DNA of 64,000 bases from positions 1,247,019 to 1,311,018 of the forward strand of contig NMRA01000042.1 of assembly GCA_002633005.1 (NCBI GenBank), in the 5' to 3' direction. The position numbers and the translations under genes are program-made. Positions 15,001 through 27,000 of this stretch are shown piece by piece; within the stretch, counting starts at the first letter, position 1, and every line of letters starts with the position of its first letter. The stretch is from Phoronis australis (taxonomy: Eukaryota > Animalia > Phoronida). The notes beneath the pieces were generated by a model. It did not search any database. It had not been told where the DNA came from and worked only from the letters and a program-made list of their open reading frames with translations.

Positions 15001-18000
15001 ACAATATTCAGACCACAATTACATACACTGATGAGATAGCTTCCTCTGAATACTAAATGGCAAAATTTAACAACTGTGACATTTACCCACAATCCTCTAC
15101 CCTAGTCGGACACTTACTCAGCCCACATACCACTGTGGACAGACGTATGAGAACAGTACTACCATCTCTTATCAGTACCAGAGTTGAACAGCCTGAATTC
15201 AAAATTGTTCCCATAATGTTGTTATCTCTAAAGAATCAATGAGCCTTCCACAAAAATTTTCATTTACCATAATATTATGTTATTTTTTTAACAAAAAAAT
15301 CAGTAATACTTGCTAATGATTATTTCCAAAAACATAACTGAATACATGAACTCCCGATGTAACTCACAAAACAATTTTTTTCATTTATATGAAATTTTCC
15401 ATGAATTTTTAACCTCATTTTCCATGAGATTTCCATCTAATAATTTTTCGGTTTTTATGTTTCCATGACTAGGAAAGTTAACATGCTTGAACAGAAGATA
15501 TACAATAAACAATAGAATTGTGCCATTAACAAGGGAACTGACAAAAAATATCCATAAACACTATCGAAAGTGAATAACTATCATTTTGGATAGTATTATA
15601 TCACTATTAGCCAACATAATACAGTGATCCCTCAGTAACTTTTCTGCTGATAAGCTATCAAACTTTCTGGAAAGTGATCATAATCGCAAAAATTGTAAAA
15701 TAATTTACAAATTTCAATTATCCTTGGGGTATAATTTTTGATACCCAGACTAACCTTCGACTTTTTGAGTGACAGGTAATTTCAAATCTGGTCTTATTTT
15801 CCTCAATCTGAAAAGTGTGACTAAACGATCCGTCCAGTTCCTGAATGACAACAGTCAAAGGACCCTGCAAGGAGACAAAGAATTTATCAAACAAGAAAGT
15901 CAGGACATATTTTTTAATCTATGATAGATTCAACAGTTAATCCATCCAACTTATTTTCCATTGAGCATTCCATGCCAATCTGTCAGAATTCTGCCTTTCT
16001 GAAGTCCACTTTTGAGACATTCAAATACACCAAACAATCACAACAAACCAAAAAGTGGCAATTTTCACATCATCACCCATGGCTCCTTACTTCATTTCAT
16101 AAACTGCACCACTGCCCGCAATTACAAACATGAATGTCCCTTCAGCAAAACCAACCCAGAGTCCCATACTACAAAGTTCACAAACCTTTTAAAATTCCAT
16201 AGCCCTTTAAAACAATTTGTTATGACACACATTAGAGTCCCCTAAAATTTTCGTAGCCTCTTACCACATATTCCAAGGCCCCTTACCACAAGTTTCATAA
16301 ACCCTTACCACGTATTTCATGGCCCCTTTGGCCATCATGTCTTGTTTAATTTCCAGCTCCACAACATTCCTCTTGCGATTGAACACAAAACTTCCAGAGA
16401 ACCTTGCACAGCCACTCTGAGACCTAGCCAATCAATTAAGGAGTCACACAGTGAACAAAACTTCTTCTAACTCTGGGGTCTTCTGGGCAGTTTCTGTGAT
16501 AGCACAGAAGAGTTTCAAAGAGAACAATCAGAAAGGCAGTACCTATGTTCTCAGGCTACCTTTCTCTCCTCATCGCTCTCTGTTTCCAGCAACAACTCTG
16601 TTGTCACATTACCCCTGTAGACTATGTTGTTTGCTTTTGTGACCATTGTTAATATTCAGAGATGTAATATTCTGCTAAGAATGCAGTAGCTATACAGATC
16701 CAGGCATAATTCACGACGACCTTTCTTTTGCTGCTAAGTATTGAACTTTGTTACTCAAGACACAAAGATCAATATCAAAAAATCAATTTCACAAAAGTCT
16801 TCAAAAACATGGTTTACATTTCCGTTAAATGCTGATTAAGAAGCTGATGTTATATACTTTGTGGAATACAAGAACGTAAATCAGAAAATGAATTTATCAA
16901 AGGTTGTACACCTGCTCCAAGCTTAAACATAACTAGCACAACTGGCTTAAACATAATGGAGAACTCTACTCAGTGTTGACAACACTCAGCTCAAGTAGAT
17001 ACGTCTGCTTAGACACTGCCCCGTCTGCTGGAAGAACCCCATGCACGAGCACTTCTCATCTTCCTGCCAAGAACTTCTTTTTGAAAAATTGTTGCGTAAT
17101 CCGGTTGTTTTTTTTTTTTGACAGTTTATATTCGTTTTTGAGCAACACGGTGATGAAAGTGAGGAGATTTTGCAACAGCCGAGAGAGACGGTGAGACAAA
17201 ACAAAAGCAATCAGACAAAATACCGTTTTCCCTTCATGAAGGCTACTTCTGTTAACAGCAAAAATGACCGGCAATAACTATTAGGGCGGCAGACACAAAA
17301 TGGCTTAACCAGAGTACTAACTTTCCCATTAATTTCCCTTCATTCTCCGTCACGAGGGAAGACTCCTCATTTTGTCTGATTACTTTTGGCTTGTACTATA
17401 CAGTATATTTTAAACGAGAATGCCAAAAATGACACATGACATATATCGCATCGTCATCTGAGTTGAATCAATTCGATTACAGGTTCGTTCTTCACAAGGT
17501 ATGAATTGGTTTAAGGTCACTAAGAGACCCTCACACGAGCGAGTTCGAGTTGAACTGAAATAAGCTGAACTCCTTATGTTACCAGACACGCTTATCTGCA
17601 CCAAAATGTCAACTCAAGAAGCCAGTAATACTATGTAACTGTCAAAAGGATACACCCACTGATCAAGAAACACCTGGATATCCTTGCCCGTCACTGTTGA
17701 TATGATTTTACAGAACTGAAAGCATACAAAGACACGATTTTAATTGGGAGATGAAGAATTGGTGGGATAACGAAATTAGATAGCATTCTTCTGTTGAAGA
17801 TTGAACATGAGAAGAAGGCATTTCCACTTCACTTAGAAATTAACTTTGGAAATAACACCTGGTTCATTTATGGCACTATGCCATGAATCCCTTAATTTGG
17901 GCAAATGAACACTTTATTTTCCTGTACAGGGTTTATATAGCCCACAGGAGGTGCTACTTGTTATCTTTCTCTCTCACTTCTGCCTGACAAGGTGAAACCA

Positions 18001-21000
18001 AGACCTTTTTCACTTGTAAGTTTTCCTAAATATCGCTGACAGTTCTTCATGGTCCACAATTGACCTATCGCCTGGATTTTGAGTGACGGCTTAACTGACC
18101 AATCAGAACGCAGCATTCTTCACACACCATCGTATCCAAGCCGCCATTTTACCCCACAAACAACACGTTGCAAAACTTAGTGTTTATTTGTCGACTTTTC
18201 GCAAGAGGGCGGACCTTGTGATAGGTCAGTTTGGGAATGACCTGGTTCCATTGCATGCCACTTAATAGACAAACTGCTTAAAAGTGGCACATTAGGATCT
18301 TGAAAATTTACTGTTAAAAGATCACATATAGCCGACATATAATGAGAATAAATCTAATGCGGTACTTGCTAGTTTTGATGATGACGTAGCATTTGATCAG
18401 TAGAAGTCTCTATAATGGGCACACTACATAATCATCAAAACTACCAAGTCCAGTTTATTCACATTTTATTTATTCCACAACTGGATGACTAACATACATT
18501 CGAACATATGGCTTATGGATGGCTTGATAACAACGTCTACAATACACACATATCAACCAAAGACAAGGATCAGATAATGGACAGTCATCCAGACTTACAG
18601 AATTTGTTGACAGCAATATGTTGGACCAGCTGTTGGACTGGAACTTCTGTTGTGATGCCAACACTGCCAGGGACAACAGTTTGTTGAGAACCTGAGGATA
18701 TAAGTAGAGATGTGAGAGAGGTGGAAGCAAATTCTCATGCTAGAACTTGGTGGAAGAAAGTGACCTAGGTTGCATTTCAAGGTCCAGGTAGATCTGATCT
18801 ATACGTGTACTGGATCACTCTAAAACCTTACTGTATTTTTATTCAATGAACTACGAGAGTGTTCAGTCACAACTGTACCATTCTGACAAGCATACTCCAA
18901 ACATGCTTCAAAGTTAAACACCAGTGTTCGTTTGTGCAGCTATATAGTATAAAAATAAAACATTATTTTCAAATAACTCTTCGTGTATTTTGATTTTGCC
19001 TGGCAAGACATTGGCAACATTTCTAGTACTAAATAAATGTCATTTTGTCATGTTTTTTATGATGAAAAAGTAATCATTAAATGTTGACTTTTGTTATCTT
19101 TTGACTGACATTGCTATTTTTAAGACATCAAGCAGCCAGCCCTCCCAAAAAACATATTATTTGTATGATGGTGAAAATGGTGATCATATTAAATGATTCC
19201 TAAAATGCTTAGAGATGGGCAACTACAGAGTAGTCTTTGGATTGTTTGAGTAACATTTAATAATCAATTGTGATGAAGGTAATCACAGCGAGGAAGATAT
19301 TCAATTTCGAAACGAGCTTGACAAAACTTCTGGCATTTTGGAATACCAGACAGTTGAAATTTATAACTCAGAGTGAACAAAGACAAAGAAGATTTTTATC
19401 TAACAGGAAACCACATGATGGGAGTATCCCTAATGAATGTTATATTTACCTGCAGTAGCAGCTCTCGACCAATCCGAAGCTCCAGAATCCTGATTGACAG
19501 GTGGGACTTCTTAATTAACGCCTCCGCATACCTGGGTGGCAGGGTTTGGGGGTAGTTCAGGTTGAAGTACCGGCGAGGGTCCTTGGGAAGGGGTTGGGGG
19601 GCCAGGGACGGGTCCAGAATGATCCCACACGTACTCTCTTCAAAGTCAGTCACAAACCTCATCTCCTGATGTTAAATGAAATCAAGGAATAACATTTTTT
19701 TAAAGCGGCAATAAACCTTTTGATTTGTACCACTTGTACCACAGTTGGTCTCAACTTGTTCCTTACTCGGATGAGAAGTGATTTTTGGTCTTGCAAGGAA
19801 CTGACAGCTCATCACTGCTCGAGATTGTTCCCAGCGAATAAAATTACATACAATAACAAGTCAACTTGAAGAGCCTGGTCTCAGGCAATAACGGGGTGTT
19901 TGTTCTTTCCAAGCCCAAAAATCAATTTAAAACAAAACAACTCGAGACCAATTTCATAACGGTAAGTGACCTATTGAGATTTTTTGTCACAGAAGGTGGG
20001 TTCACTGCCGCTTTACTATTAACAACCGTAATCAAAATAGGAATGGTATTTGTTTAGAAGTAGTAATAATAATAATAATAACAAAATGATAATAATAACA
20101 AAATAATAATAATAATAATAATAATAGTAATAATAATAATATCATAATTTAAGTAGCTCTACCAAGAACTTTACAATCAAGCACAAGTTATATACTATGA
20201 GAAAATGGAAATAATTCTGTGGTGGCCACCCCTCAAAACTTCAGCTACTATAATCTAAACCCCGAAACCCAACCAGCAAATACCAAACCCATGCTACAAA
20301 TTGCATAACCTCTCCCTTTAACCTCGGATCAATACCATCAGAACAAGCAAGTATTTAATTCAATATATTAATAACAACTTGAAAGAGTAACAGGCAGCAT
20401 GGAACACATATTCTCAACTTAAACCCTGTATACCCAGTTTTCTTCACATTTCACCAGATACCCTTTGTAAAATGTCTTATTTCATACCTCACTGATGAAG
20501 TTCCTGTATTCGTTGTTGCCAAACACTTTCTTGATAAAGAGGCTTGTTATGTAACCAGATATCCCTTTAGTCAACCACGCATCAGACCTGTTCAGCAATT
20601 AAAACATACACAAAGTTTTGAGCAATTTTAAACAATTTGACCTTAGCAATCACTAGTATTTTCCTGACAGTGTATAATGTAGAGTATCATTTTATTTTTG
20701 TACGATTTCATCTGCGCACCGCTTACAACTGTTAAGCACATCGCACAAAAACCTTCTGGAACATATCTAAATTGTTGTTCTGTTACAGCTTATAATTATG
20801 TAAAATGGTATAAAACACTGTAGGGCTCTATATAAGGCTCACCACAACTGCATGGGAATGAAGCAGCCAAAGAACTGTTCAGCGACAGCCTGTGCCATCA
20901 GTCTGCGTGACACCATGGTCTGGTCAATGATACGGGCGGAATGAAGCAGGTTAGTGCTGGAATAAATTGTACATTCAACAGATAATGTCAGAAGACACAT

Positions 21001-24000
21001 CACATCCGAAATCAACATAATCCTATTGCCACCACCATCATGGTCACCACAACCATGGCTGCCACAATCATGCCCGACACTGTCATGGCCGCCATCATGG
21101 CTAACACTGTCATGGCCCCCTAATTGCTGTCACCCTACTGTCAATGTTCTCACTGGCAATGCCAGAGTTGTTATAATTGGTGTTGTAATTGTGGTGATTA
21201 AAGATGAAATCATTATTGTCATTGTTTCCAGGATTGTTAGAATCCTTTCCTCTCCATAACAGTCTTCTGATGTATTTTTTCACATTAAAAACATTGATTC
21301 AAAGATCAATGAATACTTGTAAGACAACTGCACGTCAAACAGCATGCATTAGTTATTATAAGATGTGATGAGAATTTAATATTCAGTTCTTAAAAGGATT
21401 CAGATGGTAGATAAGTGTATTCAAAGAAATGGCCACTATGTAATAAAAATTTAACAGATATTACTAGACGTTATTCCATCAAGTAACCACTATAATACAG
21501 ATCTACCAATAATTCTTTTGTCGAATTGGTGTGTGTGAAGTTAGTTTCAGAACAAATCAAACAAATTGTCTCACAATTTGGAAATGTGTCAGAAGGTTCG
21601 GAACAAACCTGAATATCTGGCCATTAAGAAAAATGTAAGTCAGTGTTAAAATAACTGACGCATCAGCTTCGATTTCATGATCGTGGACAAACATCAGACT
21701 CCCAAATTGACATGGTCATTCAAAATGAAGGAATTTATCTTGATTTGAATGTACTTACCTAAGAATCGTCATGGTAGCATATGGTGCAGTCTCCATATAG
21801 GACTGGTCTACAAACACCTGCTTGTAACAAGAGTATGGATATCGACTGGACAACAGCTCCTCATAGAACTCAAATGCCTGGAGAGGAAGAAACAGAACAA
21901 ACAGTAGCATGGTTGTTGTTTCTTAAACTTGGAACTTGTATCTAAAAACTGTGACAAGTGATAGCACTTACACTGAGTCTCCCCTGAAATATCAAGGCAT
22001 ATACATTCTTTCGCAAGACTTTAAAAAAGCTGAAAAACCCACTCTCAACTGACAATGGTGAATTTCAAGGCCAAAATGTTTAGAAAAAATATGTTGAAAT
22101 ATTTGGGGTTTCTTTCAGAGTCTTAGCCATAATTTCTCAAAAGCTTTTTAGAAAACAGCTGCAGGTGCTATATCAAGTTACAGACAGTACCTAGTGGTAT
22201 CATGTCATTTACGTACAACAGGTGGCGCACTTTCATTTGTTTGAATGTAGTCTCAAGTGTCACATGATTTTTGACAGTTCAGTTTTTCCTCACATTTTAG
22301 GATCCAACATTCTAGATTAAGGCACCATCAAGTGAAAATCTAATCGTTGTAATCCAGTCACGCAACTGTACCAACAAGTGTCACTCATTATTTTACTGTA
22401 GGTCTCTCAATAACCAGAGTCTAATCTCAGAACTCTGATTCAAAATTTAACCAATCGCGCCGCATTATTCGAGAACATGACGTGCAATTGTTCAAATTTC
22501 CAGTCGAGTTTTGAGCACAGAGAGTTCAGATCCTGAACTGCAAACTAAGCAAAACTTCAGTTAGTGAAGATGTTGATGAGACAATAAAAGTCTCACATCA
22601 TATGGGGCCTGTTTTTCAAGTTAGAAATTTGACTATGAATAGCCAAAAGTCGTCCTCTTTAGCATTTATCGAAACATTTTGTCTTCCGTCTAGTTGAACA
22701 GACGACAGATTTCTGTCTTTTGACTTCGAAATGTAGACAGATTTTCTGACTTTCAGCCTAAGCATGTTTTAATGAGAGAGGCTAAGCCATCGGTAAAATG
22801 ATTTTTAGCTGGAAGTCAAAAGACAAGAGCAACAGAATTTTCAAGAAACAGGTACCAAGTCTAAGGAATGGCAGCTGGCTTTTTACCTCATGTAAGAAGG
22901 CTGTACTGTGCTTTAGCAGAGGCATCAGGTGAGGTAGACAGAAGTGGGTCACCTCATGCATGTTAGGGTCAACCAGGATCTCAAAAGGGCTGCAAGGGAA
23001 AGTTCTCAATAAATAGTTTTGGCAGAAGCCACACAGGAAGATGTTTTTAAATGCACATCACAGTTGTTAGTAAATTACATACTTGCTCAAACTCAGGATC
23101 GCTAAGAGACAAATCAAGAATAATTTAATGAGATGTCTAACACGTTTATTTTATTAGACGGTCATTATACCATTTATCAGTGCATCATTAAGACGTTGGC
23201 AACAATGTTGACCAGATCGCAGTTAATAGTTCTTTATCAACCAAGCCAGCTATAGTTGTGTCAAAGGCAAAAATTCTTTTGTATTTATTTGATAATTAAA
23301 AACAACATGACATACAAATTCAATTTGTCAAACTTTTCAACGACGATTCACATAATAATTTTCTATGTTTTGTATTGTGCAGTTAACACCAAATGACATT
23401 TGGCAAAAAATTAAGGATTTGATGACAAATGAATGGGAATATTACCAAATTATTTTTGTTCCAAATTGAAGAGACTATACCGTAAATTAGGCAACCTTGA
23501 AGAATCGAAGGACAAAGTTAGCATAATTAACATAATTTATGCTTACCCAACAGCCAATGCTATGTTTGGAGCTGGGGTGGGTGTGGAGACAAAGTAATGA
23601 AATGTCTTCTTTGTGAAATCTGGGGAATACACAGTCTCCAGCAGGTCCCCACATGATACTGCTGTCATATCTTTGTCGACGGTAAACTCAAGTTTCCACG
23701 TACATGGTTCGGAATAGGAGTCCGCACAAGGGAACCACAGCCTAAAAAGATGAGGAGGCACCAGATTTCACATTAATCACAATAGGAGAATATAGTATTC
23801 AAATAAAATGACCCGGAATTCCCATAGATGACAGATGGGTAGAAGCCAAATTCACATCAGAGTAGTTTTCCCTCACGACAGAGAATGAATGAGAATCAAC
23901 AGGAAAATTAGTAAGATGGATAAGCCTTTCCAATCTGTAATTAGAATTTTGCACCCTTGGTGGTTATTACCAACCATATTGTTGTTAACAGCTGAATTAG

Positions 24001-27000
24001 CCGTCGTGATGGGTAACGCTATTTTGTCTGATTACTTTTGTCTTGTACTGTACATGATAGTCAATTTCATGCAAGCCTATTTAAATGACAATGCTAAGTC
24101 TAAAAATCCACTAAACAGATACAAGCACGAACTTCAAAAAATACCTGATATAATTCATAAATTACCTTGATGAGTTTTCATAGCCATACGAGAACAGGTG
24201 CGCACTTCTCTGAGTCATGGTTTGGTTTTCAATATCAGGAACAACAAACATGAGACCACCCACTGGCTGCTCCAAGGAGAACTCCAGGCTGATGCGAATA
24301 GGTTTGAGTTCTGAAAGAATCGAAAGCCACAGCGGACACTGACATTGTTTTTCAGTCTAATAATCCAGCCTTCAACATTAAATGGAAACAGAGTCCGATT
24401 AAATTCACCACATCAAATACTCATCAAAACGTATTGACAAATTGTCAGACCATTTTGATTCATCTTATCAATGAGGCTGACCTAAGGACACAGCTTCATT
24501 GTAGTGTGCTTTGCATTTCAAAGTCAAAAGTGATTTAATTCAGAGGCTAACAAAAAGACAAACATTAGTCTGATTATTATGTTTATTACTGTAGTAAAAG
24601 TATTGTTCGGCATGTTCCATTCCAAGAAATACCCACCAAAGGTTAAAAGTTAACAATCTTACCCTGAACAAGAGGCACCGCCTCACTGGGGAACCTGACA
24701 GTAACCTCTCCATTGCCAATATCACTGTCGACAACTTTCATTGACTCGGTCTGGCAAGCCTCGAAAAAATCAAGATGACGCCTAAATACAAACAGGAAAC
24801 ATCATTAGCCACAATCTCGTCACTCAGATAACTCGACACATAAGTAGGCAATTGTTGCAACTAGGAAAAAAGCTTTGGAGAATCAACGCACTATTATTCT
24901 GTTTCCAATGGTTAAATCGCAACTTGGGAAAAGCATAAAACCCAAAACTTAGCACACAAATCTTTATGAACTAGACATTTGTTAGTTTGAAATGTAACAA
25001 ATGAATGAATGCAGTTTTAAATAATTTACAAGCTACCACTTGAATACAAGCGACAACTGTTGCAATTCAATAACTTGTAACATTCACCCACTAAACAGAA
25101 TCAGCAACAGTGCCTGTTGTAATTGTAATTAGATTTTTGAGTTTTAGAGTCTACATGCTTAACAAAAAGGTAAAATTAAAATTGAATTCGATCATGCCTA
25201 TGCAAGAAAAGAGGCTTGAAGAGAGTATAGTGTGTTGTAAAGCCAACAGCTCACCTTTTAGAGTCACCTTGACAAATGTCCAGCGTCGGGTCATTGTACA
25301 AAAATGGCGCTTCCCACTGCTCATTTATACAAACCCTGTAGATTCTTGATTAGGAGTTAAGGGGAGACAAGACATGAATACACCTTTGCTGGAAGTCAAG
25401 CTCCAAGAATTGAATCAACACAGCAACACAAAACATCAATAATCTCTTAGAATTTGAAATAAAGTAATATTAAATTGTCTAATACATCATGAATTCTACC
25501 AGTCCTTAAAAAAGTCACATAACTGAAAATTGTATGACCATTTTCTAAAATCTATTGGTTTATTCACACCAACCTCTAGCTTATTTACATTAACACGATG
25601 TTTCAGTCAGTCATTTCACCAGTCATCTTCAGGTGTTAGTTTCATCAGTGGTTCAGTGGTTGGAGTGCTGGATTGACAACTGAAAAATTTCAGGTTCAAA
25701 TATCGTCGAGCACTAGGGGAAAAAATACAACCCAATTGCTCACAAAGAGTGCTCAAAACTATAACACTTGAAGATGGTCGGAGAAATGACCAACCAAAAC
25801 GTAATGCAAATGTAACTAGGATAGAGCTTGGTGTATATAGACCAATATATTTCAGAAAATGTTACTACCTCCAAGTAGTTCAAAGATATCATTGTACTCC
25901 ACAGTGGAAAATTGGATGCATGTAATGACATTAATGGGGTTCAATAGTTGACCCGAGACAAACTGTAAAAAAATGTTGTTGGTTGGAGGTTCTGTCCTCT
26001 AAAATCAGCAATCGTTTGAGAGATCCATGTTTGAGATCACCAAATTTGTTCAAGACTCAACTTAAATGCTGACTAATCGACTTCACAAAATCATGAAGTT
26101 TAAAATCATGTAAGAAGAGTGCCACACAACTGGTTAAAGTCCAAGAGCGCTAACTATAGTTTGGTTGTACTGACCTGAGGCTAAATGCCAAGACACTAGG
26201 CAACTTGGAGCCACCACAGACAGAGAGTTACAAATTGAGCTGTCTGCCTCCAGTGAACTATGACTCAGCTCGATTAAGGTTACCCGCACACAGCGAGGCT
26301 ACGTTTGCAGTAATCAGCGTAAATGTAGTACAAACGATAACAATGAATGAGCACGAGAAATCTGTTGTCAGATGATGCAATAATTAATTTTCATTGGCTA
26401 AAAAATGTAACTGGCTAAGCACTTAGCTCACCTAGTTAGAATGCTGTGAGGATTTACAGACAATTGCCTCACCACCTCAAGAAGCAAAATCTTCATGATT
26501 CATTTTTCCACAAATGTGAGATGTGAGCTATGCTCACTTACAACTGAGGTGCGTAGCTCTCGGTCTGTAGTAGCACTTAGAGCTGTTGTCATGAGTGTGC
26601 TTCACCATTACAACAAATCAATTCAAATATGTGAGACAAATTAACAAGGATATTACACTGTTTGCTATTCAGTTGAATCCTCCTAAGGTCTGGCTTGAGC
26701 GGGTGAATGGTCAGTTCTACATAACCCTGAAACATGGACAGTGTATACATTCAATATCACATTAGAAGGACATAATTGATGCATATCTATAGCGAACTAT
26801 GTATAGTCATATGAAATTATCAGACAAACATGAACTGAAAAGCTGTAATACCTAGATGAATTAAATAAATTATCATTCAACTTCCTCGAATTATAAGGCA
26901 GGCTCTTGTTGGTAAGTAATGTAAAATACAAAATTACTAAAAAATATAATTGTGCTGTTGTAAATCAGTACATTGATATGGTATAAATAAGAATTATTAG

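Noticed and set aside
21026-21259. 77-aa ORF with SWP repeats and a hydrophobic stretch
   Set aside because: Non-ATG start; explained by a tandem repeat plus low-complexity intronic sequence.
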